Source: a virus
Lineage: Duplodnaviria; Heunggongvirae; Uroviricota; Caudoviricetes
DNA: 64,000 bases
IMG/VR virus record: IMGVR_UViG_3300033068_001655
Reading direction: 5' to 3' (one strand)
Of the stretch, positions 7,000-15,930 are shown in pieces. The translations under genes were made by a program, and so were the position numbers. Each line of letters begins with the position of its first letter. Position 1 is the first letter of the stretch. Below the pieces are notes generated by a model. It saw nothing but the letters and a program-made list of their open reading frames with translations, was not told where the DNA came from and made no database searches.

Positions 7000-7403
7000 T
7001 ATGCTAATACTTCTTTAATTACTTCTGATACAACTTTTCTATCCACTTGTGCAGTAGCAAACTCTTTCATAATTCCACCAACATTGGTAATCCCTGATGC
7101 TACAAGTGCATTAACTTTTACAACAACATCTTCTCTTGTCATAGCAGCTGGAAGTAAAGCTTCAACCATTTCTAATTGAACTACAGACTCAGCATCACCA
7201 GAAGTTGCAATAACTTCTTTAAGAGATTTCGCAGTTTTATTAAGAATTTTAATTACTTCTGCATCAGAAAGACAATCTACTCCTGTATTTTTCTCAATAG
7301 TTTGGATCTCTCCTTTTACCACAGAAAGTAAGTTTTTTGCTACAGCATTTTTCTCTTTGAAAGCTGTCATGTAGTCTTTGCTAATTTGCTCTTTTAAATT
7401 CAT
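6999..7403 (-). CDS. yqeY: GatB/YqeY domain protein
   Basis: MNLKEQISKDYMTAFKEKN...LLSVVKGEI matches the YqeY family. Its stop overlaps the tyrS start (operon). Confidence 0.7.
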   Translation of the reverse strand: MNLKEQISKDYMTAFKEKNAVAKNLLSVVKGEIQTIEKNTGVDCLSDAEVIKILNKTAKSLKEVIATSGDAESVVQLEMVEALLPAAMTREDVVVKVNALVASGITNVGGIMKEFATAQVDRKVVSEVIKEVLA

Positions 7404-7660
7404 AATATTTAATTTTTAATAATTTTCTAAAAAAAATACCTTTTACATCTATTTTCTATATTTAATATCAAGGTAGTTCACTGTTTTTCATAAAAGGTAT
7501 TGAAAATTCATTTACCAGCTACTTACTACCATAAACACTAACTAAAACTATTTTGACCAAACTTTATTCTAACACGGTCGAGTTATAGTAGCTCATTATT
7601 TATTACTGCAAATATACTATAAAGTTTCAAATTAAAAAAATAAATTTAATATATAGTTGT

Positions 7661-9256
7661 ATGAAATACTTAAAATTATTTGAAGGCTTTGAATCTAATA
7701 GGATTAGTGCCATACTATCATTCTTAAATAAAAAACTAAATAAAACTAATGCTGATAGATTCTTAGGGGATCTAATTAGATTGGCAAAGAAATATGATTT
7801 TCCATTAAGTACGTTAACTGATAACGAAATACAATACCTATCTGTAAATAAAGCTTTAGAAATCAAGGAAGAAGCTATGAATCCTAGTGGTATTTATGCC
7901 ATCAAGTATTGGTTTTCATTAGAAAAAGGTTATTTATGTCAAACTGGGGTTGGTAATCAAGAAATGAATTTTGGTAACTATGAACAGTTTATGGAAACTG
8001 GTAAATCGGATTTGACTAAAGGGCATTTAGATTATTTGGTAGATACTTATAATTTAAAAGGTTTAATTGTACCTTGTAGTTTTGATACGTTGCAAAGTGG
8101 TGATAAGGTAGTAATGGCTTGTAATGATACCTTTTATGGTAATGCTAATGAATTAGCGTACGGTGTAATATATGTTGATAATAATGACGGTGAATATTAC
8201 TTTTTTAATAATAAATTTGAGGGTACAACACCTGATGATGGATATACAGAACCAGGATATAGATACTCTTGGATTTTAGGATCTCAAGAGTATGAAAGTG
8301 AGGATCACTGTATGATTCATAAAATTATTGAGGATGACAAACCATTAAGATTTAATGGTATTTCTAAGGAAGAAGAGACTTTAAAATCTGTTTGGGATTT
8401 CAATCTACCATTGAAAAATAATCCACCAATTGAATTAGAAACATGGCAAGGTAAATATAATGAAACTTTAAAGCTTGTAAAAGAAGCTAACTTTGCAATT
8501 GTTCTTTATTTAGATTATGTATTGGTTAAAGATATGAGTAAAGAAGAAATTTCTAAAGAAAGAAAGGATAGTAGAAAAGATGCCTTATTCTTAATGAAAA
8601 ATGAAGATATTAAAAAGGCAAATATTAAAAGATACTTAGAAAAACTATTTGATAAACTAGGAATTGAGAAGGATAAACAGGAATTGAAAAATCTTAACAG
8701 TGTAATTAAATCAACTATTCTTGGTGAGTATTTTCTTATTACAAGTTATAATTCTGGCTTCATGGATAGATTGACTAATTTTACAACATCTTTATATAGA
8801 GTTATGTCAAAAAATGATGAGGAATACTACTTCAATGTATTACTTGAAGTTTTTAAAAAAATTAAGAAATATCGTTTAGAAGTATCATCGAAATATATTA
8901 CTAATATTAAATATATTAAATCTTTAAAATCTGATAACAGTGATAAGGCGAATGAGGTACTTAAAATAGTTCTTAGAATAGGTAAAACTATTTCTGATTA
9001 TTTTAGTAATAAGGAGATTACTACAATTGAAGATCTTAAATATACTCAAATGAAATTAAAAATGATTTCTGGGTTATATCAAGATGATATTTTTTATTTG
9101 TCAGGATTTATGTCAAGTTTATTAGATTCAATGGATACTGATACAGTTGAAATAGAAAAAAGTTTAAAAAGAACTTATTCTGATAAAGAATATGGAAAGG
9201 ATATTAAAAAATTAGAAAAGTTAGAAAGAATTATCAATAATGATTATTTAAAATAA
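7661..9256 (+). CDS. Hypothetical 531-aa protein with CTS-like N-terminus (MKYLKLFEGFE)
   Basis: Long ORF. TAATATATAGTT motif 3 nt upstream of the ATG. Confidence 0.5.
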   Translation: MKYLKLFEGFESNRISAILSFLNKKLNKTNADRFLGDLIRLAKKYDFPLSTLTDNEIQYLSVNKALEIKEEAMNPSGIYAIKYWFSLEKGYLCQTGVGNQEMNFGNYEQFMETGKSDLTKGHLDYLVDTYNLKGLIVPCSFDTLQSGDKVVMACNDTFYGNANELAYGVIYVDNNDGEYYFFNNKFEGTTPDDGYTEPGYRYSWILGSQEYESEDHCMIHKIIEDDKPLRFNGISKEEETLKSVWDFNLPLKNNPPIELETWQGKYNETLKLVKEANFAIVLYLDYVLVKDMSKEEISKERKDSRKDALFLMKNEDIKKANIKRYLEKLFDKLGIEKDKQELKNLNSVIKSTILGEYFLITSYNSGFMDRLTNFTTSLYRVMSKNDEEYYFNVLLEVFKKIKKYRLEVSSKYITNIKYIKSLKSDNSDKANEVLKIVLRIGKTISDYFSNKEITTIEDLKYTQMKLKMISGLYQDDIFYLSGFMSSLLDSMDTDTVEIEKSLKRTYSDKEYGKDIKKLEKLERIINNDYLK

Positions 9257-9601
9257 TAAGTATAAATCATTTTGTCTAGCTTCTAATTCTGTTAAAAGAA
9301 AAACACATTCTCTTCTTAAATCTTTAAGTTTTAAAAAATCTGAGGTATTACTTACTTTAGATAATTGATCGTTAAGATTATCAATCTCAATTTTTATCAT
9401 ATCTATCATTAAGCTCATTTCTTTGATTATATCACCTTTTAAATCAAGTACTAAGGATTTAAAATAAGGATTTATCATAATAATTCCTTTATAATCACTA
9501 GAAGTAAAATTCTTCATGATTCTTTTAAGTATTTCTATGACTTCATCCTCAGTACCTGAAAGGTGTAGTTTATCGAGATATTCTAATAAGCTTAACTTCA
9601 T
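9248..9601 (-). CDS. Hypothetical protein
   Basis: 117-aa ORF. Confidence 0.4.
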   Translation of the reverse strand: MKLSLLEYLDKLHLSGTEDEVIEILKRIMKNFTSSDYKGIIMINPYFKSLVLDLKGDIIKEMSLMIDMIKIEIDNLNDQLSKVSNTSDFLKLKDLRRECVFLLTELEARQNDLYLLF

Positions 9602-10452
9602 ATCATCTTTTTACATTTATATATAAGACTGCTACTAAATCCTTTTTTTAATATATCCTTGATTGAGTAACCATCTTTTAACAAACCTTTTACCAATTCT
9701 TTTTTATCAGATTTTAATAACTTATCTTCTATTCTATCCCACTTTCTAGACATTATTGGTAGATTTAAACGAACACATTGTTCTTTAATATCTTTAAGTA
9801 TATTATACTTTGATATAAAGATAATTGAACAATTTTCATATATTTTTGCATCTTTAGTTTCCTTAGTTAAATGAGTATAGAAATATTCTAATATAGAAGA
9901 CCAAGATTCATGACATTTAATTATCAATCTACCTTTTTTATTAATAGAGCCATCACCGTCAATAAACCCTATTATTAAACTAAATAATTGTTCATCATTT
10001 AACCAATTAGGTAGTATAGGAGGTATTTTAGTTTTATTGGATTTCCAATTAAAATCTCTAGTAATTTTATCTATAGTTATTTTATCAGATAAAACTACAC
10101 TAATTCTACTTTCATTTTCATATACTTTTACATGACCCAAATGATCTGTTATTTTTAATATATGTAATCTATCCTTAGTTGATATATTTATTTGTATTCT
10201 TTTATCTTTTGTAATATGTCCATCTGCTAACATAAACCCCAACCAATAACAAGAAATATTATCATATTCTATTAATTTGGAATATTTAAAACTATTATTG
10301 TTTTCATTAAAACTTCTTTTTATTTTAAAAAAATGTGCTTTCTTTTGTATATAGTTCCAAGATAATCCTAAATCAGTAATAATAGTTTCTTTACTTGAAG
10401 ATGGATAATTTTCTTTTAAATAGTTCTCTAACTTTGTTTTAGTGTGTCTCAT
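9598..10452 (-). CDS. LAGLIDADG homing endonuclease (double-motif, free-standing)
   Basis: YWLGFMLADGHI and LIIGFIDGDGSI motifs. TAATATATAGT motif ~20 nt upstream of the ATG. Confidence 0.8.
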   Translation of the reverse strand: MRHTKTKLENYLKENYPSSSKETIITDLGLSWNYIQKKAHFFKIKRSFNENNNSFKYSKLIEYDNISCYWLGFMLADGHITKDKRIQINISTKDRLHILKITDHLGHVKVYENESRISVVLSDKITIDKITRDFNWKSNKTKIPPILPNWLNDEQLFSLIIGFIDGDGSINKKGRLIIKCHESWSSILEYFYTHLTKETKDAKIYENCSIIFISKYNILKDIKEQCVRLNLPIMSRKWDRIEDKLLKSDKKELVKGLLKDGYSIKDILKKGFSSSLIYKCKKMI

Positions 10453-10470
10453 ATTACATATAGTTTTTTA

Positions 10471-10914
10471 CTATATATTAATATTTAGATTTCTCTTTAG
10501 ATCTAATTTAATATCTCTTGCTTTAATATCTTCTTTTTTATCCCAAGTTTTCTTACCTTTAGCAACTGCTATTTTTATTTTTATACGGTTATGTTTAATA
10601 AACATACCCAGTGGAATTGCGGTCGTACCTTTATCTTCCAATTTTCTTTTGATTCGAGTAATTTCTTTTTTATTTAAAAGAAGTTTCTTATCACGATTTT
10701 CTTCGTGTTTATCTAAAGTGTGTGCTGACTTATAAGGAGCGACTTTTAGATTTTTAATCCAAACTTCATTATCCTTTATATAAATGAAAGCATCCACCAG
10801 AGTCACATTACCCATTCTAACTGACTTTACTTCACTACCAACCAATACAATACCACAATCAATCTCTTCTAAAAAGATATAATCGTATCTGGCTCTTCTA
10901 TTTAATGCTATCAT
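10471..10914 (-). CDS. smpB: SsrA-binding protein SmpB (trans-translation factor)
   Basis: ALNRRARYDY...GSEVKSVRMGNV...KKLLLNKKEI...GMFIKHNRIKIKIAVAKGKKTWDKKEDIKARD aligns along its full length to bacterial SmpB. Confidence 0.85.
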   Translation of the reverse strand: MIALNRRARYDYIFLEEIDCGIVLVGSEVKSVRMGNVTLVDAFIYIKDNEVWIKNLKVAPYKSAHTLDKHEENRDKKLLLNKKEITRIKRKLEDKGTTAIPLGMFIKHNRIKIKIAVAKGKKTWDKKEDIKARDIKLDLKRNLNINI

Positions 10915-11452
10915 ATTTTATAATTTTATAAGAATCTCCTTCCCTGTTCTTAATTACTTTTATTATATTATCTTTGTTTTGTTGAGTTATAATCACTGCT
11001 AAATCTGAGGAATATAGTGTAGATGAACCACCCATAAATGAACCATTACCAGTTGTATTTAGTGGACAAGTAAGTATCAACTTAATATCACAAATTGATT
11101 TATTATTTCTATTGTCTCTTAAATAATCTCTTACATCATAAATAGTTGACTGTATTGCTCTAGAAGCTTCCATATCACGATTAGTGAAGTTATTTCTTTC
11201 TCTAAATAAAGTTCTTATATCATTTATATCTAATACAATGTAATCAATTTTATGTTCGTTATTTAAAACTTGGTCAATCTTCATATCTCTAAAAATAGAC
11301 TTCATAGAAAAAGATGAACTTAAATCTATTTTCTTGGTTGAACCAAGATTAGAAATAATTTCATCTTTAACTCTTTCATCTAAAAATCGATAACCAATTA
11401 AGGTTGTCTCATTTTTACTAATTAGATCATATAAATAATCTATAGTTTCCAT
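10898..11452 (-). CDS. Hypothetical protein (possible degenerate RecA/KaiC-like fold)
   Basis: 184 aa; no Walker A motif seen. Confidence 0.35.
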   Translation of the reverse strand: METIDYLYDLISKNETTLIGYRFLDERVKDEIISNLGSTKKIDLSSSFSMKSIFRDMKIDQVLNNEHKIDYIVLDINDIRTLFRERNNFTNRDMEASRAIQSTIYDVRDYLRDNRNNKSICDIKLILTCPLNTTGNGSFMGGSSTLYSSDLAVIITQQNKDNIIKVIKNREGDSYKIIKYDSIK

Positions 11453-11769
11453 TATAGATATTGCTCTACAAGTTCAGACAATTTTTCTTTAGTAGTCATA
11501 CCAACACTTCTATCTACAATTTCTCCATCTTTATAGATTAAGATTGTAGGAATGTTTCTAATACCTAACTCCGCGACTTTTTCACCATTTGGGGTTGCGT
11601 CTAATTTACCAACACTAACCTTTCCTTGAAAGTCAATTGAAATTTGGTCTACAATTGGTGCTATTTGACGACATGGTCCACACCAAGTTGCCCATATATC
11701 TACTAATACTACTCCACTTTCTACAAACCCATCATAGTTTGTTTCATTTAATTCTGTTATAAATGCCAT
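11452..11769 (-). CDS. trxA: Thioredoxin
   Basis: WATWCGPCRQIAP active site, 105 aa. Confidence 0.9.
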   Translation of the reverse strand: MAFITELNETNYDGFVESGVVLVDIWATWCGPCRQIAPIVDQISIDFQGKVSVGKLDATPNGEKVAELGIRNIPTILIYKDGEIVDRSVGMTTKEKLSELVEQYL

Positions 11770-11816
11770 AATTTATTATTTAAAGTTTTTTATTATATTA
11801 TTTTTTTGTTAAAAGT

Positions 11817-13055
11817 TTAAAATTCACAAGCAACACACTCACTAACCTCTGTTTTAGATAAAATATTATCAACCATTGCATTATGTCTATCATCTACTAT
11901 TTCTTTTCTTACTGTAAGTTCATAAAGTAAAGCAGTCGCATCATCAATTTCTTGATCAGGTTCAATCATATGTTTTTCCAATACAGAAAAAGCAATTGAC
12001 TTATCGTGTTTGTACCTTTCTAATAGTGATTTTATTATTTTAATTTGTTCAGTTAGTTTATATCCTCTTAGATTAAGAATTGTCCTTGGTAAAAACTTAA
12101 TTGTATTTGATAATAGCTTCATATCTTCTATATCAACTCCACCATCTACATAATCTTCATTTATAAATAAAGGTCTCAATTGATTCCATATATTTTTCAA
12201 TTCTTGATTATTATAAATGTTTCTTAAATAAAATAGTAAATCTTCACCTTTATGAATTGCTAGAAGATTGTTATCAATGAATACTTGTTCTTTTTTAGTT
12301 TTTAAAGTCCATAGATTCACATCTTTGTTGTATGTCTTTTTGACGTGTTCTATACAATCTAAATCTTGTTCTATTGTAAAATAGTTATTAAGTATTTTAT
12401 AATTGTTAAACATATTGAAATATCTATCTTGAAATCTAACTTTATAAACGTCTTGAAGCTGACGTACTAAAACATATTGAATAATATCTAATTCAAATAA
12501 GTTTAAATCAACTTTAAGTTCTTCTGATTTTTTTACAATTCTAATTGCTGTATGACAAGGTGTTTTTAAATTAGTTATTTTAAGCTTACCAGTCTTTAGA
12601 AATTTTTCAAATTCTGGTGTCCAATAAAACCTATCTTCTTCAATTGAATAACCAACTGCAGTACAGTTTATATCAAATGATTTGATAATAATTTCTGGAT
12701 TATGAGTATTTGATTTATAACTAACGTAGTTGAACATACCGTCGGTGGTTGACTCACAAATAGAGTAATAATTTTTAGCTCTGTCAATAAATCTAAGACC
12801 AGAGTAATCATCATACCAAACGTTTTCTTCATCTTCTTTAAATGAAAAGAAATACTCTTTTCTATCTTCGTTATAATTTTCTAAAAGTCCATCAAACAAA
12901 AAAACATCAATATCATTGATGATTGCTTTTGTACCGGAGACTTCCTCCCATATAAGATTTGATATAGAACCACCTGCAATAAACCCTCTTTTGGGTAGAC
13001 CCCATTGTGATTTTATTTTATTGATAGCATTCCTTGCTAATTGTTCAACATTCAT
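11817..13055 (-). CDS. Putative nucleotidyltransferase (Pol-beta superfamily fold)
   Basis: N-terminal GFIAGGSISNLIWEEVSGTKAIINDIDVFLF carries GS...DxD. Confidence 0.4.
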   Translation of the reverse strand: MNVEQLARNAINKIKSQWGLPKRGFIAGGSISNLIWEEVSGTKAIINDIDVFLFDGLLENYNEDRKEYFFSFKEDEENVWYDDYSGLRFIDRAKNYYSICESTTDGMFNYVSYKSNTHNPEIIIKSFDINCTAVGYSIEEDRFYWTPEFEKFLKTGKLKITNLKTPCHTAIRIVKKSEELKVDLNLFELDIIQYVLVRQLQDVYKVRFQDRYFNMFNNYKILNNYFTIEQDLDCIEHVKKTYNKDVNLWTLKTKKEQVFIDNNLLAIHKGEDLLFYLRNIYNNQELKNIWNQLRPLFINEDYVDGGVDIEDMKLLSNTIKFLPRTILNLRGYKLTEQIKIIKSLLERYKHDKSIAFSVLEKHMIEPDQEIDDATALLYELTVRKEIVDDRHNAMVDNILSKTEVSECVACEF

Positions 13056-13195
13056 TATTTTTTCTTTTTGATGTTTAAAACTTGTGCTACGTGGTCATTT
13101 ATTACTCTAACAGGAGTATCAGAAGAAGTCTGATTTACATCCTTTACTTCTTCTGATTGTTCTTCTGTTGTTTTTGTTTCTTTGTCTTTATTCAT
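13055..13195 (-). CDS. Small 46-aa ORF translationally coupled on both sides (TAATG overlaps)
   Basis: MNKDKETKTTEEQSEEVKDVNQTSSDTPVRVINDHVAQVLNIKKKK. Its ATG overlaps the sigma-factor stop and its stop overlaps the next ATG. Not in the track (under 60 aa). Confidence 0.35.
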   Translation of the reverse strand: MNKDKETKTTEEQSEEVKDVNQTSSDTPVRVINDHVAQVLNIKKKK

Positions 13196-13797
13196 TAGTC
13201 TAAATACATTTCATCTATTTGATCAAACTCTTTCTTAGATTGTTCCATCAAAATCTGACGACCGTTTCTAATTTGAGATTTTATTGTAGATAAATTTTTT
13301 CCTAACTTATCCGCAATGTCTTTATATTGCATTCTTTCAATCTCTCTCATTATAATAACTGTCTTATACGGTTCTTTTAATTCAGAGATATGTTTTTTCA
13401 TTACGTCTGCTTTTTGTGAGAAAACATCATAAACTGCTTCATTACTTTCTGTTTCTTGTATAAAGTCTTTTAAAGTAGTTCCTTCATCATCAAACTCAAT
13501 GTCTAATGATATGTTTCTGTTTTCAAGTTTTTTATCTTGTAAAGATAAGTTTTTTGCGATTGTGAATAACCACGTTGAAAATTGTGATTTTTCTTTTTGA
13601 TACATTTCTATTTTTTCCAGTGCTATCATAAATGAGTCTGTTGAAATGTCTTCAGCTTTTTGTACATCATTACAAATTCTTGATGTAAAGTAGATTAGTT
13701 TTGGGTAATACTTTTGATAAAGTGTTGCGAAATCTTTACCAGTTCTTTCTTTAAAAATTTTCTCTTGTTCAGAGAATGGGGTTGTGCTTAATTCCAT
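13195..13797 (-). CDS. RNA polymerase sigma factor, sigma-70 family (ECF-like, regions 2 and 4)
   Basis: Region 2 FATLYQKYYPKLIYFTSR...AEDISTDSFMIALEKI...FSTWLFTIAKN and region 4 YKTVIIMREIERMQYKDIADKLGKNLSTIKSQIRNGRQIL. Confidence 0.8.
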   Translation of the reverse strand: MELSTTPFSEQEKIFKERTGKDFATLYQKYYPKLIYFTSRICNDVQKAEDISTDSFMIALEKIEMYQKEKSQFSTWLFTIAKNLSLQDKKLENRNISLDIEFDDEGTTLKDFIQETESNEAVYDVFSQKADVMKKHISELKEPYKTVIIMREIERMQYKDIADKLGKNLSTIKSQIRNGRQILMEQSKKEFDQIDEMYLD

Positions 13798-13907
13798 AGA
13801 TTGCTTTTGATTTTTCTAGTTGACTTGCCGTCAATTGCTTTTGATTGTGTGCTCGTAATTTTCTAATTGCCTTAATAATATTATATTATTTATATATTAA
13901 AAAGTTG

Positions 13908-14477
13908 TTATTTCCCTAGTTTTTTTATCCAATCTATAAAAGTATTTTTTACTGGTTTATCAAACTTTTTCATCCACCCAATAAAAGTATTTTTTTCTGG
14001 GTTATCAAATTTCTCAAAGTCATAACCACTCCAAATATTTATTATTGGCTTAACTGCAGGTTCTGTAGCAAAATTTTTTAATTTTATATCTCTAATATAA
14101 GATTTATCATGATATAATCTATCAATATATTCATTTAATTCAGTGCTATTACAAATACTTTCATCAAACTTTTCATATGTCCACCCTAAATTATTTACAA
14201 GATATTCAAGACACATCGGTGCCAATTCTTCTTCTGGAAGTAGATAAGACCTACCACCACTTAAATCTAAATTATACTCACATTCACCTGTTATAAGGTA
14301 TAAAAAATCTTTATCATTATCAAAATTCTCCCAAAAATTTATAATTTTTAGATACGCATTTCTACTACAATGACCATCATAATCATAGTGACTATCATTA
14401 TCCATTTCTGCAAATTCCTTTATGTTACTCTTTGGTAGTTGAGTAAGCATAAACTCTCTAATTTCTTTTAATGTCAT
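13908..14477 (-). CDS. Hypothetical protein
   Basis: 189-aa ORF. Confidence 0.4.
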   Translation of the reverse strand: MTLKEIREFMLTQLPKSNIKEFAEMDNDSHYDYDGHCSRNAYLKIINFWENFDNDKDFLYLITGECEYNLDLSGGRSYLLPEEELAPMCLEYLVNNLGWTYEKFDESICNSTELNEYIDRLYHDKSYIRDIKLKNFATEPAVKPIINIWSGYDFEKFDNPEKNTFIGWMKKFDKPVKNTFIDWIKKLGK

Positions 14478-14855
14478 TTAATTAAGTATTTGTTCAATTT
14501 TATCATTACGTCTTTTTGACAAATCATCTTCAATCCATTCAATTTTATCTGAATGTATCCAGGTATTATTAAGCATACCCTTAATTCGATCTCTAGTTAA
14601 ATCCGTATTAAATTCTGATTGATCTGCTACTAAAGAAACAACTTCTACCTTAGATCTTGCTGACGTTTTTTCTAATTCACCTAATTCAAATTGAACCTCA
14701 AATGACTTACCACCAACAGTGGTATAAGTATTTGTAAAAATACCTCTTCTTAAAAATTTCTCTTTAACATTCTTATCTTTTTTGTTAGATAGAAAATATA
14801 GAGAGGTAGAACCCACACCTAGTATGAGTCCTATAATTATCCCTAACCAAATCAT
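14478..14855 (-). CDS. Hypothetical membrane protein (N-terminal TM helix)
   Basis: MIWLGIIIGLILGVGSTSLYFL hydrophobic N-terminus. Confidence 0.4.
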   Translation of the reverse strand: MIWLGIIIGLILGVGSTSLYFLSNKKDKNVKEKFLRRGIFTNTYTTVGGKSFEVQFELGELEKTSARSKVEVVSLVADQSEFNTDLTRDRIKGMLNNTWIHSDKIEWIEDDLSKRRNDKIEQILN

Positions 14856-15457
14856 TATTTTTTATTTTTACGTTTATCCTTTTTCAATTCTAACTTTGCT
14901 TGTTTAAATGCAGAACTTAATTCAGCACTAGCTTCTTTCTTAATATATTTCCTTTGTGTTCGATCATAATATTGACCTAAATTACAATCTCTAAAATTAT
15001 GAATAGTTAAAATTGCTTTAATCCACTCTAAATCATTTGATCTTGCAAAAAAGTAATTCTTATTGTTTATAATATACTTTTTAAAATCATCAATATCAAA
15101 TTTTGCATTATTAAGATTACGTGAGTGATTTGCTCTATATCTTTCGTTATCCTCAAATTGAGGGTACATATTGATAATAGTCAATACCGCATTATCCATT
15201 GGATCTAATTGGTCCAATAAAGTTTTTAATTGTAAATCTCTCTCATTACTAACCTTAGCATGATCTGCTGCTACTTTATAATCAGCAACTGTACCAGATT
15301 CACTAATAGTATAAATCTGATAACTTAGTCTAGATGCGTAACTGTTTTCAAAATCTGCTCTTGAAATCAATCGTTTCATGTTATTCAAAAAGGTCGTCTC
15401 TGATCTATATACAGAATCTCCCAGTACATAAATCTTATCTCTTTTAATCTTCGCCAT
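14855..15457 (-). CDS. Hypothetical protein with basic C-terminus
   Basis: 200-aa ORF. Confidence 0.4.
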   Translation of the reverse strand: MAKIKRDKIYVLGDSVYRSETTFLNNMKRLISRADFENSYASRLSYQIYTISESGTVADYKVAADHAKVSNERDLQLKTLLDQLDPMDNAVLTIINMYPQFEDNERYRANHSRNLNNAKFDIDDFKKYIINNKNYFFARSNDLEWIKAILTIHNFRDCNLGQYYDRTQRKYIKKEASAELSSAFKQAKLELKKDKRKNKK

Positions 15458-15458
15458 T

Positions 15459-15620
15459 TTAATATAATTTTATAATTTTATTTTCTGGTATTGGTTCGCC
15501 ACATACCGCACATTCTGTATTATATTTCCAATCTTCTTCATTGTCAAAACCTTCACCACAATTATCACAACATCCTCTTGATACTTTTGTATCACTTAAT
15601 ATTTTTTGATTATCCTTCAT
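15459..15620 (-). CDS. Small zinc-ribbon-like protein (53 aa, CCDNCG...CAVCG)
   Basis: ATG at 15618-15620 and stop at 15459-15461 fill the gap between two genes. Two CxxC pairs. Not in the track (under 60 aa). Confidence 0.35.
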   Translation of the reverse strand: MKDNQKILSDTKVSRGCCDNCGEGFDNEEDWKYNTECAVCGEPIPENKIIKLY

Positions 15621-15636
15621 ATTTCTATTTTTATTA

Positions 15637-15930
15637 CTAAGTAAGTAGTTCTTTTAATCTGTTTTCTCTCAATTCCTTTACAATCAAATTTTTATCTTTG
15701 TTAAATTTGTGATAATAACGAAATTTATAAGCATTTAAAATCGTATGTAGTTGATGTCTATTCGCTTTATGAAGGTTATTTATAATACCTTCTTCTATAT
15801 TTTTAAATGTGGCTGCTTCTATATTAGAACTAAAATTCTTAGCTCTAATTGCAAAGTCTTGTAATTCTAAAATATCTTTCTGTAACTTTTCTAATCTATT
15901 GATTATTGCCTCTGTTATATCACCTTTCAT
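15637..15930 (-). CDS. Hypothetical protein
   Basis: 97-aa ORF whose stop overlaps the ligA start. Confidence 0.4.
   Translation of the reverse strand: MKGDITEAIINRLEKLQKDILELQDFAIRAKNFSSNIEAATFKNIEEGIINNLHKANRHQLHTILNAYKFRYYHKFNKDKNLIVKELRENRLKELLT

Noticed and set aside
7404-7660. tmRNA or other structured ncRNA in the 257-nt tyrS-yqeY upstream intergenic region
   Set aside because: Sequence is ~80% AT with no stable helices or tRNA-like T-arm or acceptor. More likely a divergent promoter region.
10898-11452. RecA/RadA or DnaB-like ATPase call for the 184-aa ORF
   Set aside because: No Walker A or B motifs recognisable; only a vague resemblance. Left as hypothetical.
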